64,000 nt of DNA from Octopus sinensis. Its lineage: Eukaryota. How positions within the stretch are numbered: position 1 is the stretch's first letter; every line of letters begins with the position of its first letter. The DNA lies in assembly GCF_006345805.1 (NCBI RefSeq), contig NC_043006.1, forward strand, positions 61,690,001-61,754,000, given 5' to 3'. Made by a program: the position numbers and the translations under genes. Shown piece by piece: positions 13,290-25,490 of the stretch. The notes under the pieces are model-generated. The model had not been told where the DNA came from, did no database searches, and saw nothing but the letters and a program-made list of their open reading frames with translations.

Positions 13290-13555
13290 ATGCACTCATA
13301 CGATGGACTCTCTGTTGAAGACAGTGTATGAGCGTTCAGCTTTTGCCGGATGACCTGCGTAAAACACTTATTTACCTTGATCAAATGTTTGTGCCCCACA
13401 TTAGCTTACTTTCTCCATCAAATAGACATTGTCAGAACAGGTGCACTGTGTATCACGCGTCAGGTGTCGAAGTGTTTTTCTCAAGAGCACAACACACCAC
13501 CCGGTCTAGCAACGCAACCGTGAGTCCAACTCTCCAACCATGAGCCCATTAACTC
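13290..13555 (-). mobile_element. tRNA-derived SINE, family D (decayed)
   Basis: Reverse complement has a tRNA-like head ggttggagagttggactcacggttgcg..ctagaccgggtggtgtgttgtgctcttgagaaaaacactt, ending in (TA)n. Confidence 0.6.
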
Positions 13556-13644
13556 TACAATAAGTCACTTATATATTTGTTTGGGATTCTTGATACATGA
13601 TGATACTGAAGAATCTAAGTATTTCTACACCTTTTTACCATAAG

Positions 13645-13662
13645 AGACATATTTTCTCCACG
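13645..13662 (+). CDS. Candidate 18-nt microexon, copy 1 (AGACATATTTTCTCCACG)
   Basis: tttctacacctttttaccataag| acceptor and CG|gtatct donor. Confidence 0.35.
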
Positions 13663-13883
13663 GTATCTGCAGTTAATTTAATTTATAGCATATGCAATTG
13701 GTTACAAGGATATCTTAACTTTACATAAATAAAGCTTTATAATTTTGATCAGAGTTGCCTTTATTAGGTACATCCCATGGACGCGAGTCACAAAATTCGA
13801 AACAAGGATGTCTGGGCTTGCTGATAGATGACCATACTGAACAAACCGGGTTTTTTAACACCTTTGTTTTTTTTTACTATAAG

Positions 13884-13901
13884 ACCGATATTTACGCCAC
13901 G
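13884..13901 (+). CDS. Candidate 18-nt microexon, copy 2 (ACCGATATTTACGCCACG)
   Basis: ttttttaacacctttgtttttttttactataag| acceptor and CG|gtaact donor. Confidence 0.4.
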
Positions 13902-14424
13902 GTAACTGCAGTGAACATGACTTATAGCATATGAAATATGTCACAAGCATATTTTAACTCACTTAAATGTTGCTTATACCTAAACACTGCTCTGCTTGGC
14001 ACTAACATTACATATATATACACGCACACAATATGATCGAGCCACTAGAGAGGAGTAACTTGACACCAAATGTATTCGTAAATGACCAATTTATAGACAT
14101 TTTGCGGACAGACAAAGCCATAATCTATTGCGCTCTGAATGTAAATGAATAAAAGAACTAATGGGGAGAAAGCTCACAACAATATCGCTACTAATTACAT
14201 TAAGTCTGATGAGGATAAAAGTGGAATGAAATTAAAAGCAGTATTGTATCTATTGTCTGTACCGTTTAGGCAAAATATACACATAGTTGACACAGCCTTT
14301 TATTCTCTCGCGTTCAATGAAATAAGCACCATTCATTACTGGAGCTGATTCTATAGTTTGTAAATATATGGCGTTGTATTAATGTAAAAAATACATTATC
14401 CATTATTCTCAAGTGGTCTTATGA

Positions 14425-14495
14425 TATGTAAATATACGCACACACGTACACACACACACACGCACAAACACATGCAAATACATACATACACATAC

Positions 14496-14573
<78 letters not shown>

Positions 14574-14645
14574 TATATATACACATATATATATATATAT
14601 ACACTCACTCAAACAAACACACACACTCTATATATGTATGTATAA
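14425..14645. repeat. (CA)n/(TA)n compound microsatellite
   Basis: Directly visible. Confidence 0.95.
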
Positions 14646-14804
14646 GGTATGAACTTCGTCTTTATATCATATAGTAAACAGAAATGCTAAAGTAACAGAA
14701 TTAAACGTTTTTTCGTTCTTCATGGCAGTGCATTGTGCTATCTGTAACAGCTTACACATGAAAGAATAAACTACTTCTTTAAATAATTACAACCCGTATC
14801 ACTA

Positions 14805-14938
14805 CGAATGATGATGATGATGGCGATAATAATAATAATAACAATAATAATAATAATAATAATAATGATGATGATAATAATAATAATAATAACAACAATA
14901 ATAATAACAGTAGTAGTAGTAGTAGTAGTAGTAGTAAA

Positions 14939-14999
<61 letters not shown>

Positions 15000-15087
15000 T
15001 AATAATAATAATAATAATAATGAGAAGAAGAGCAATGATGATAATTATATTTTCAATAATAATAAGGATAATAAAAACAATAGTCAT

Positions 15088-15126
<39 letters not shown>

Positions 15127-15133
15127 GTGATGG

Positions 15134-15168
<35 letters not shown>

Positions 15169-15195
15169 GTGGTAGTGGTGGTGGTGGTGGTGGTG
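14805..15195. repeat. Trinucleotide arrays (TAA)n, (TAG)n, (TGA)n, (TGG)n
   Basis: Directly visible; source of the poly-I/L/H/Y ORFs. Confidence 0.97.
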
Positions 15196-15606
15196 GAGAT
15201 AAAAAAGATTAAATGGGAGAAGTAGAAGAAAGAGCAAGAGACGAAAAAGAAGGAAGAATCTACCTCTTAAGCAAGACACTAACGACTCTATAGACAAGTT
15301 TACATACAGCAATCACCACACACTTTCCCCATACAATAAATAAATACTAATCAAAAAGAACTCGTGCAGCATATACTATACAATATTTAATGCCCAACAT
15401 AACAGCTTAATTCACATTAGATACACCACAGACAAGACAAAAGCAATGGATGAAAAGTAAACTAAATCCCATACCAAAACAAACTGATGCAATACACCAA
15501 CAGAAGGTGTCTATATTTCGCCACTGAGCCCCAAATAAAAACGAGTTTCAGAAACACGAATGTGGTAGAATTTTGCATGAACTACTGAAAAAAAAAAACA
15601 ATGAAA

Positions 15607-15822
15607 ATAATGGTTTCAGATTTTGCCACAAGGGCAGCAATTTGGGGGAGGGGATGAATCGACTACGGCAGTGTTCAAATGGTACATATGTTAATGACCT
15701 CGAAAGGATGAAAGGCAAAGTCGACCTCGGCGGAGTTTGAACTCAAAACGTAGCGACACAGACGAAATATCGGTAAGCATTGTGTCCAGCGCATAAACAA
15801 TTATTCCAACTCACCACGTTAA
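15607..15822 (-). mobile_element. SINE family A
   Basis: aaggatgaaaggcaaagtcgacctcggcggagtttgaactc is the reverse complement of the family A core. Confidence 0.9.
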
Positions 15823-15834
15823 ATAATTAAAAAA

Positions 15835-15854
15835 ATGATAATGGTGATGATGAT

Positions 15855-15919
<65 letters not shown>

Positions 15920-15926
15920 AGATGAC

Positions 15927-15966
<40 letters not shown>
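15835..15966. repeat. (TAA)n/(TGA)n microsatellite
   Basis: Directly visible. Confidence 0.95.
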
Positions 15967-15968
<2 letters not shown>

Positions 15969-15969
15969 T

Positions 15970-16490
15970 TACCAGACTGTGGTTCTCGTGGCTCCTGATC
16001 TTAACTGATTGGAAGTGTTATCATGTTCATTGGTTTGTCTTAGTATAAAAGATGGGCTACAGCAAATATTCTGCTCAATACCACAGATTTGCTTGTCAGT
16101 TGTTTGACCTTAACTAGTTGAGCATGTCCCTTAGAGGCTGACGATGTGTGCATCTCTGATCATGAGCAGAAGTAGTGGAGAGCATCATAGCCGTGTGATG
16201 AAAGGAATTCTTAGAGGTTCGGTTAATTCACCTTTGGAAACATGGGTGGTTCGTTCAATCTCCTTAAAGAAACCTTATTTGGGGTCCCTTTGAGCGGGAT
16301 AGGCTGCTCGACCAGACGAAAATTCTAACTGGGCCCCACCTGCAAGGTCATGCACTGTTTATCGTGTTATGGGATCACCATGTCGCACACATATGTTTGT
16401 GATGCATATACCTGGTGTACCCTTATCAGACGTGTAGTCATGTTGGGTATACTGGGCTTCGTATATTTTACCCTAGTTTCGCTTTTATAG
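15970..16490. mobile_element. Unclassified interspersed repeat between (TGA)n and (TAA)n arrays
   Basis: GC-richer non-coding block with sharp microsatellite boundaries; resembles an abundant Octopus repeat (recollection, not searched). Confidence 0.45.
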
Positions 16491-16559
16491 CAATACATTA
16501 ATAATAATATTAATGATATATAATACAATAATAATAATAATGATAATAATAATAATAAT

Positions 16560-17190
16560 AATAAAGGATTTCAAACACAAATCATGCCTCCCCATCCATA
16601 TGACTATTCGAATGAACATAAATGTATCTGTTAAGACCTATCTATTCGAGCAAGTGTAACGATCTTGAAACAAAAATTGGCAAAATGCGGAACCTAAAGA
16701 CTAAAATAATACCTTTAGTCATAAGCACCCTAGGAATGATGGCAAAAGGAGCTGTTTGCTACCAATGTCACATACCAGGAAATCTAAAAATGGAAGATTC
16801 AAACAATAGTCCACATGACAACTGCTCATATTTTACGTAAAATATTGTCTATGTAATCACAAAAAATACATTTTAATCTGTAAACAGTTCTAAAATACTT
16901 TTAAATGTACATAATAGAAAATACCTTTTACTGTCATCGTAACATCGTACTATTATCTTGTAAAAGATTACTTTTAAAACAAACATTAAATATTTTACTT
17001 ATATTTTGACAGACATTCTCTAGAACAATAGTCTATGCAAAACTAAATACATAGTACCCTAGAAATAACACTAACTTGTGGTCTCTCGAGGGTGAGACAG
17101 AGTCAACGTCTACAAACGCAACGCTAAAGCCAAACAAATAATAATAATAATGATGATGATGATGATGGTGATGATGATAATAATAATAAT
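16560..17190 (+). mobile_element. 3' end of an R4/Dong-like (RLE) non-LTR retrotransposon with (TAA)n tail
   Basis: SKCNDLETKIGKMRNLKTKIIPLVISTLGMMAKG..IPGN..TAHILRKILSM*, then 3'UTR and (TAA)n/(TGA)n. Confidence 0.85.
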
Positions 17191-17194
17191 AACA

Positions 17195-18600
17195 AAAACC
17201 GAGAGCACAATGCTGTCAGTGCGAGACCAACTGATAACAATTCACTGGCAGTGAAAGACCAAGATTTGGCCACAAGCTGGAGGGTCAACCTTAGAAATGA
17301 TCTATTATCTCTGCTGTTGAAAGCGAGGGCTTAATCATTTACGTAGCCCGAAGTAAGGAAATATTGCTTGTGACAGTTAGGTACGAAGGAGCAATGAAAA
17401 TGTGAAAAATTAAAGGACGAAGTACAAAAAAGACATGCTGAGAAATTACGCAAAAAGGAACTACACAATCAATTCAGTGTAGCTGCAACAGAAGTGCTGG
17501 GATTGGCTGATTAAAGGAAGCGTGAAAAAGAAACTGAGAGCCCTATAAGCTTTGGCTACGGCCTGGAGGGTCAAACATAGGAATGAGCAAGCGTCCCAGG
17601 TGTGCCGTATCTGCAATAGAGTGGATAAAACCATTGCCCATTTAAATCGATAGGTAATCACTAATTCTCCTAACGATGCTTGGAGCCCATCACCTACTTG
17701 CAGATACTGTTCGCCTGTACATGAGGAGTGCACATGGACGAAGGGGGCTGATAGGTGCGGAAGAGAGTGCGCGTATCGAGCTCGAGAATTTAATGAGATA
17801 CCAAGCCCAAAGTAAGGAAACGTGACAGTGAGGATCGAGGGACAATTGAGAGTAGAAAAAAAGGAAAACAAAAGAAGAAATAAAAAAGGACATGAAGATG
17901 TATTGCTGACAAAGTACAATCACTACCCTGAGACTACAACTGAGGGAGAAAATGTAAATATTCTTTTGGACTTCTCAGTATGTACAACTCGTACCACCGA
18001 GGCAAATAAACCAGATATTATTGTAAAAAACAAAAGCAATAAAGTCTGTTTATTGATCGATATGAGCATACCCTGTGATCATAATCTATCGGGGAAAATA
18101 TTTGACAAGCTCAGAAAAGAAAGATCTGCTAATCGAAATCGAAAAGATGTGGAATCTCAAGGCGGTTACAATACCAATGATTGTAGAAGCACCTGAAATG
18201 ATTAAAGGGAACTGAAAATTATTTAACAATGATCCCTAGTTTACCATCCATACAGAAAGTGCAAGAGATTTTATTAAGTGGTACGTCACACGTATTGAGA
18301 AATGCGTTGTCGCTGTAAATTTTCCTTTCAATTCCCACCTTTATTTTATGTTTTTTTGTTCCTTTATCTCTCTGTCTTCCCCTCTTTCTCTATCCTCTAT
18401 CACATGACTCTGTAAATGAGCAATCTCGTGTTTTAATGTTTTATGAATGTATACAGTACGTTTCTCTGCCCTATATATCTCATTTTACGAATTTAAACGA
18501 TTGTATCTCTACCTTAATAGAGCTGTTGAATCCCTATCTGTGAAATTTCACGACAATTCTGCCCTGTGATGAGCATAATGAACCGCGAACAAGCCAGCTG
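17195..18600 (+). mobile_element. Mosaic of R4/Dong-like fragments (post-RT region, CCHC knuckle, PD-(D/E)xK endonuclease)
   Basis: WDWLIKGSVKKETES, CRICNRVDKTIAHL, RLYMRSAHGRRGL, ANKPDIIVKNKSNKVCLLIDMSIP, IEKMWNLKAVTIP..SGTSHVLRNALSL*. Confidence 0.88.
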
Positions 18601-18696
18601 CGGTCTCTTTAAGGAAACACCTATTATTTTAGTCTTCTCTATCAATATCGACCGCACTGGATATAATCAAATTTAATCGCCATTTTCATGACTGAC

Positions 18697-18839
18697 TTTG
18701 TTCATTGTCGATTGCTCCCGCCATTGTTCGCTTAACAAACTTGATACTTTGGGCGCTGTCACTTTGCACGCTGAGAATGACGCGTTCAACTTTCTTAAAA
18801 TCCCAAGGGTACACAACTGCATCCGCAGAAATGTTAATT
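18697..18839 (-). CDS. Candidate internal exon (143 nt, phase 2-1): INISADAVVYPWDFKKVERVILSVQSDSAQSIKFVKRTMAGAIDNEQ; protein family not recognised
   Basis: GC-richer island; acceptor cacattttgtttgatgcag|, donor CAAA|gtcagt; in-frame stops just outside both boundaries (TGA upstream, TGA downstream); phase joins 9688-9705. Confidence 0.55.
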
Positions 18840-20405
18840 CTGCATCAAACAAAATGTGATATAACGTTTTGGAAAGCAACAGAAGTGCCACTGTTTTTAG
18901 ATTTGAAAACTGAACTCTTCAAAGAAATAGGGGCCTCATAATTCTAGAAAGATCGCGCAGCCTGTAAGGAATGAAGTGTTCTCTTACTCCCTTGTCCTTT
19001 TCCCTATGAGAGCACTCCATTAAGCTATTTATTTTATAGAACATTTGAAAAACGAACTGATCTTTGAAAAACGAAAAATTTATAAACAAGCATCTGTTTT
19101 GTCCTCCAAGCGCACTTCTTCGTCGTTATCTTATTTATTATTTTCCTACTTGTATCTGCAAAATATTCCTCTTTGCAACTATTTTCATCTAAAATCTTAT
19201 CCGTTTTTCTTTATAAATGCTATCATTTAAGCTAGCCAAGTTGTGTAGTTCATCAAATATAGTTTAATTATTTTTCTAAAATTATCTGTCTATTTCAATG
19301 AAAAGCATGCCCAGAAGAATACACTAGTAGTTACCAAATAGATTTCCATAAACTATGCCAGTATACCGATATTTTGAAATAAAATATAAAGATAGAAACA
19401 TTTCTCAAGGGGGAATCAAAATTGATGGTATTTGAAAAACTGATTGTATTTTACACCGCAGTATCTACATTTGGCTCAAACGGGGTTTTGTATCAAATCT
19501 AGAGATATGAGCATATCTATGAAATGTGTTTAAATTTCGATATTCGAATATAACATTTGAATTGTTTCTATAACGTGCATGCTGGCCGTGTGTGAATGAT
19601 CATCCGTATCATAGAAACGAAAGTGTTCTTATTTTTGTAAAGTATTATATAGAAACAATTACCCTCAAAATTAGTTAACTTAAAACTGAACTGTCGATAT
19701 ATTTACTCGCCATATACAATACAAACAAATCTATTTTGCTGCTTATTACTTTATCACTACTCTCAATATATACAACGATATTAGCATCAAATTACAAACT
19801 GCATTTACAATAAACATGTAATCATTTGTTGTAAATTAGCATGTATTTGAAATCTCGATGGTTCTTTTCATATATTAATGGAAATAATATCTGCAATCTA
19901 ATCTTAAGAAAGCTTCCAATTAAACGGTGAAATATATCAATCTACTAGAACCGTATCTATAAAACGCAGCATGTATTAGATAAAATCTGATAATAATTGG
20001 GGATAACAAGCATAAATCTAAATGTTTAGATTCTGTTGTTCATTGAAATTAACGTACAATCCCTTTATCGTCGTTCACAATTGACTTGAGTTGATTATAG
20101 AGGAGAGAAATATTCTGTTCAATGAAGATCAGTCGTTATTTTTCTTTTTAATATTACCTGCATTTTCTCATTCTTCTAACATTTTTATTTACCAGTGCGT
20201 GATGGAAATTCCTCAATTAATTGAATCTGTGAATAGATTTCATGGTTAATTCAATAGTTTGCTGGAATACGGGTGCCCAAAAAGTTTCATTGCACTTAGC
20301 AAAATATGCAAGAATAGCTGGATGAAAGAAAACATGCCACACATGTATGACTAGCAAATGGGAATGTTAGATTATACGCACCTACGTACGAAACATATCA
20401 TCACA

Positions 20406-20437
<32 letters not shown>

Positions 20438-21079
20438 ACACATACACATGAATACATAACATAGCTATATACATTCATACACACAATCACGCACACACAA
20501 ATATGCGCTATGCACATGCATGCGAAGGGGACGCCTAAAAATAATAGATTATATCGTAAGAAAAATATTACGCATAGCGAAAATAGGAGAAACTAAAACG
20601 AAGCAGATGTAGACTAAACAAGCAGAAAAGGCGGTGGAAGTGAACAGTGACTCTTGAGTTCATTCCCGTCGCTCGTAATGCGTCAGCACAAGACTGAAGA
20701 ATTTATGTTGAGATTTCCTTGTAGGTTCATAGGTTTCTGCACCCGAGTTGATTTACACTCCGAAGCGTGGGGCGAGACGCTAGCCACACAAAACTTGCCA
20801 GATCTTCAGTTATATATGATAGCAAGTTAGGTGAACATAATTAGAGGTTAAACATTTGTGAACCCCTAGATCAGCCTACACCTGCATTTTCAAACATTGT
20901 GTAGCTTATTTTGAGATGTTCTCTCATGTCCACAGTTAACGGAGCAGGCATGATGGGCGGAATTTCGACTTGAATCTCACTCCTAAAGTTGCACTCTCCG
21001 GCATTACTAGCAATCTGCAGGATATAGGAACGAGGGAAACACCCACCAATCAATTGGTAGCGGTTCATTGTCGTCAAAA

Positions 21080-22140
21080 GGTAAATAAGAAGTTTGTGCA
21101 GTATGATTATATTAGTTGAACCGAAAAGAAATGCTGCAATATATGCAATGAGTTCAAGCAGCAGGTACTGGTCCCTTTTCACAGGCTGGACCACTGATAT
21201 GTACAGTGACATCTGTTGGATGGTCAAAATACATGGCAAATTATTGCAATCGTTTACTATCTCTCCGTCAACGATGCCCACCCTTACCCCGTCTGTACGC
21301 GCTGGCTCTCGAGCCAGTTCTACAGGAGCTGGATGTTTCGTGGGTCATTCTGCTAGTAAGATTCATCTCAGCTTATACAAACGACGTCACTCTAAGTGTA
21401 GAGATATCTCGGGTATCGCGGTTTATCAGCACTGCCCTAAGGGAGTACGAAGCGGTGACAGCCGCAATGCTTCACCAGGGACAGTTGATGGGCCTGCAAC
21501 TCGGCACCTGGAAAGTGAGGTCAAAGCCGACCGACAGTGCCGTAGAGCGCTTGACGGAAGGGACGTTTAAATTGCTCGCGGCCTGCTTTGGACAGGGAAA
21601 GGGGAAGGTGAAGAGCAGATTTTCCAGTCTCCACTAAAAATGAGCTGTGAGGAAGCTGTCCCTGAAATGTGGGGTGGAGGTGGTGAATGCATACATCGTT
21701 TCTGTCCTTTACTACCGCTTGACCTGCTTCATGGCTGAACAAATTGGAGCGCTTGCTCTTTCACTTTCTATGGAAAGGGGCGTGTCTCACTCGTCAGACA
21801 GCTTAACTGCTGTCATAGGTATTGAGTAGAGAATTGAGCAAGACTTGACCAATGATGCGCAGACACGAGCTGAGAATGCAGCATCTCCAGCATTTTCTTC
21901 GCGGTGATTTGGTCTGGTAGCCGTTTATCAGATAGGATTTTCCACAGCTCGTCTCACTAATTGAGCTACAGTCCTGGATTCAGTGTAGCTAAAGAAAGGG
22001 CGCTTAGCATATGGCTTGTGGATGGGCTTACTTTGAGCATACGCTTGTAGGCCGGTGAGATCGAGAAAACAGAGATGTTTGCCTGAGGTTCTGCAGGGTT
22101 CCTTGGTTTGCACTAGGTGGAACTCCACAGTCTGGAGAAT
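21080..22140 (+). mobile_element. Tx1/L1-like LINE RT fragment, decayed
   Basis: LRQRCPPLPRLYALALEPVL, ISAYTNDVTL (YADD motif), LGTWKVR, VVNAYIVSVLYYRLTC. Confidence 0.85.
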
Positions 22141-22248
22141 ATTTTTGTTAAATCTTTGTTGTTAATTCCTATTGTTTTATGGTATCACGAAATATTTGTG
22201 CTAACTACCACTTGTTCCTATGTTTGTATTGTCCTTTTTGACAAATAA

Positions 22249-22251
22249 AGA

Positions 22252-22297
<46 letters not shown>

Positions 22298-22345
22298 GTA
22301 GTAGTAGTAGTAGTAGTAGTAGTAGTTAGTAGTAGTAGTAGTAGT
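22249..22345. repeat. (TTA)n-(GTA)n microsatellite
   Basis: Directly visible. Confidence 0.95.
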
Positions 22346-22451
22346 CGTTTTATTTCAATGCTGGTTTCTTTCTTGCCCATTGTGTTCCTAGGTGTCAACC
22401 CAGGCCGAAAAAACTCACTGTATACACTCACTATTAAAGTGTATTACTAAC

Positions 22452-22565
22452 GCGGTGGGCTGGCATAATCGTTAGCACGACAGGCGGAACGCTCAGCGGT
22501 ATTTCATTCGCCTTTACGTTATGAGTTCAAATTTTGCCGATGTTGACTTTGCCGTTCATCCACAT
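22452..22565 (+). mobile_element. SINE family A, 5' half
   Basis: gcggtgggctggcataatcgttagcac..gagttcaaattttgccgatgttgactttgcc. Confidence 0.85.
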
Positions 22566-22855
22566 GTGCGATTTATTACAATGCCTTATCAAAAATTCTA
22601 GTATCACTGCTAGTGGTGACATTATAGTTATGAGTGTTGTTATAATGATCATCATTATCATTATTATGTTTGAAAAGGCTATAAGCTAGAAGAATCATTT
22701 ATAAGCAGCATTTCTTCCGATTCTTTGCCAAGTTTGATCATTTCGAGGTCGATGAGATAAGCAATAGTCAAGAATTGACTTTGGTCCAATCAATTTCCAC
22801 CTCCGCCTAATTTTGTGTCTGACCACGTGTCAAAGTTTATCTTCTTCATTATTAA

Positions 22856-23047
22856 TACAGTAATCCCTCACCATATCGCGGTTCAGCTATCGTGCAGTCA
22901 GTACGTCACAGATTTTTCTGGCTAGTATATGTAAATTTATATCGCAGGTTTGTGCAGCCGATACGTATTTATATTTTTTTTAGATTTTAATAATCTCTGT
23001 GGGACGTTTTGGAACGTAGCGGCCACGATAGTCGAGGAATTATGGTA
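22856..23047. mobile_element. pogo/Tigger-type MITE
   Basis: TA|CAGTAATCCCTCACCATATCGCGG at the left end and CCACGATAGTCGAGGAATTATGG|TA at the right end form imperfect TIRs with TA flanks. Confidence 0.6.
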
Positions 23048-23194
23048 TTACATTTGATGTTTGTTTCTCTATTTTACCAACGTCAACTATATATTCCACA
23101 CCCTGTGCAAAGAGGCTCAACACATGTTTAATGAAATGGCACCACAACGGCATATATCACGTTAAGTTTTCACACGTTATTATTCGTTCCTTTT

Positions 23195-23392
23195 CTCGGC
23201 ACAAGGCACGAAATTTTCAGGAAGGAGGCAAGTCGATTATATATAACCCAGTACGCAACTGGTACTTAATTTATCGACCTCGAAATGATGAAAATCAAAG
23301 TCGACCTCGGCGAAACTCAGAACATAGACACAGACGAAATACCGCCAAGTTTTCGCCCAGCGTGCTAATGTTTGTGCCAGCTCGCCGCCTTC
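23195..23392 (-). mobile_element. SINE family A
   Basis: ccagtacgcaactggtacttaatttatcgacc..aaagtcgacctcggcg..gtgccagctcgccgcc. Confidence 0.9.
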
Positions 23393-24164
23393 TTTTACAC
23401 GTTATTACCGACGGGCTATATGGCTAGATACGGAAATGTAACTGAAAATGAAGTAAATATAAAAGCTAAATTCTTTATTCGATTTTTCAATTAATCTTCG
23501 AAATACTTATTAATTTTAACAGTGAGTTACTAAGAGTTCACATGCCAGCTTACTTGGGTGTAGATAGCCAAGCGTTGATCTCGAATGCTGCATCTTGGAT
23601 ACAACATAATTTTACACTACCTTATCCTTCCACACTCCAACACACTTACGTATAGACAGAGATGAGAGAGAGAGAGGGAGGGAGAATGAGGAGTTCAACA
23701 TACCCATAAGCACACAGACACACAGACAGACAGACACGCACACGCACACGCACATATAATGAGTGAGAGAGAATGAAATAAATATATATCTTATACCATA
23801 TTTCATTTATGTTTGCGTTTGGGATTTTTGTTTGTTTGTGAAAGTAGATTGCTTGTATGCTCACAAGCATAAACCTATAAATCTACAAAGTCGAATTTCA
23901 ATAAAAATAATTTCATCCGCACACCACTAGTGACATATCTGAATACAGATGGTTATATATAAGAAATGAATTTCATCTGTTCATTCCATATAATTTCAGA
24001 CATGTTTACTGGTGTACATATAGGTATTGAATTAATGCAGAAGAAGAGGAATAATTTATATGGATTCTCCCAGTGGTATTAAGATCGTACATGATGATGT
24101 AAGTTTTGCTAAAACTCTGAAATTTGTTCACATATCTATCTGCCTATCATCGTCCTCTTTCCTA

Positions 24165-24167
<3 letters not shown>

Positions 24168-24251
<84 letters not shown>

Positions 24252-24312
24252 GTATTTATATATATATACATATATATATATGTATATATACATATATATA
24301 TATACACATATA

Positions 24313-24347
<35 letters not shown>

Positions 24348-24348
24348 A

Positions 24349-24381
<33 letters not shown>

Positions 24382-24418
24382 TAATATATATATATAGATA
24401 GATAGATATAGGTTAAAA

Positions 24419-24458
<40 letters not shown>

Positions 24459-24495
24459 GCCTATGTAAAATAGGGAGATATATATATATATATTA
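24168..24495. repeat. Long (TA)n-rich microsatellite
   Basis: Directly visible. Confidence 0.97.
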
Positions 24496-25490
24496 CGTGC
24501 AATTATATTTTGTGAGAAAGAGAGAATGAGTAATTGAATTCTATAGTAATATTCTGTATTGAATATATTTCATGTATTTTACATTTTAAAGAAAAAGTGG
24601 TACATTTTTTTTTTAGTCTTGTTAGTATCGCTTCAGAAAATGTGAATATATAGAATTTGTTTCAATTGATGCTTATTTTTTACAGTTGGCAGTTTCATTT
24701 CCGACGTCTATTATACACATATTTGGAGAAAGTAAAAAGAAATCAGTGCAGAAGGGAAATCAACAAATATTTACTTCAGACAGTTTACCAAGGAAGAAAA
24801 TATTGAAGAATTAAATACATGATATGAGGATATCAATTTTAACTTGTACGTATTTGTGAAAAGATGCGAATACACTACTTCACCCACAAAATGTTTACGG
24901 CTTTTGTCCACATAGAGCATATTAGATTTGTGATCTCACTTGAACTTTTAAAGCAACCGATTCTATCACATTGTAATCCATGTATTCGGAGTGAGGCATT
25001 TCAGCTCAGAACGCAAACTGCTAGAAGATTACAGGACATTATGTCGCCTGGCATTTGAACAAGTCTACTAATTCACTACTCTGCGCAAACTTCATTTACG
25101 CGCAGATAGAAGAGGGACAAATATTGCATTTCGTTCATTCTAATCTGGAGCTATGAAAATTCACCAACTTAAGCCTACATACACGCATACATATCAACAT
25201 ATATAATCAAAGGATAATCCGTTGTATTTATTATATCGTTAACGACAAAGTCCCCCAAATCCCCGTTTGCGTACACAAACATAACTCAATAACATAAATA
25301 TCACTTGTTTATTTCACGTAAACAACCAGTTTCCTTCCAATATACCAATATTTATATATATACGTTCTTTATATATCAACTTCTCATTGTCTGTTTAAAT
25401 TTTATCGTTATCTTTTGTTTCTTGCTCTTCGTCTTCTCTTTCTTGCCCTTCCTTTTCTATTTCTTCTCCTTTCGTCTTCCCCTTTTCATG

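Larger units (their letters stand above)
13585..14000 (+). repeat. Old tandem duplication, period about 239 bp, two units
   Basis: tgatacatgatgatactgaa/tgatagatgaccatactgaa; ccacggtatctgcag..ttatagcatatg/ccacggtaactgcag..ttatagcatatg; acaaggatatcttaact/acaagcatattttaact. Confidence 0.8.

Noticed and set aside
18562-18600. gtgatgagc..gcgaac hammerhead-like string in the R4 3' UTR
   Set aside because: Core is non-canonical (no C3, GAAC instead of GAAA) and no stem I or III pairing was found
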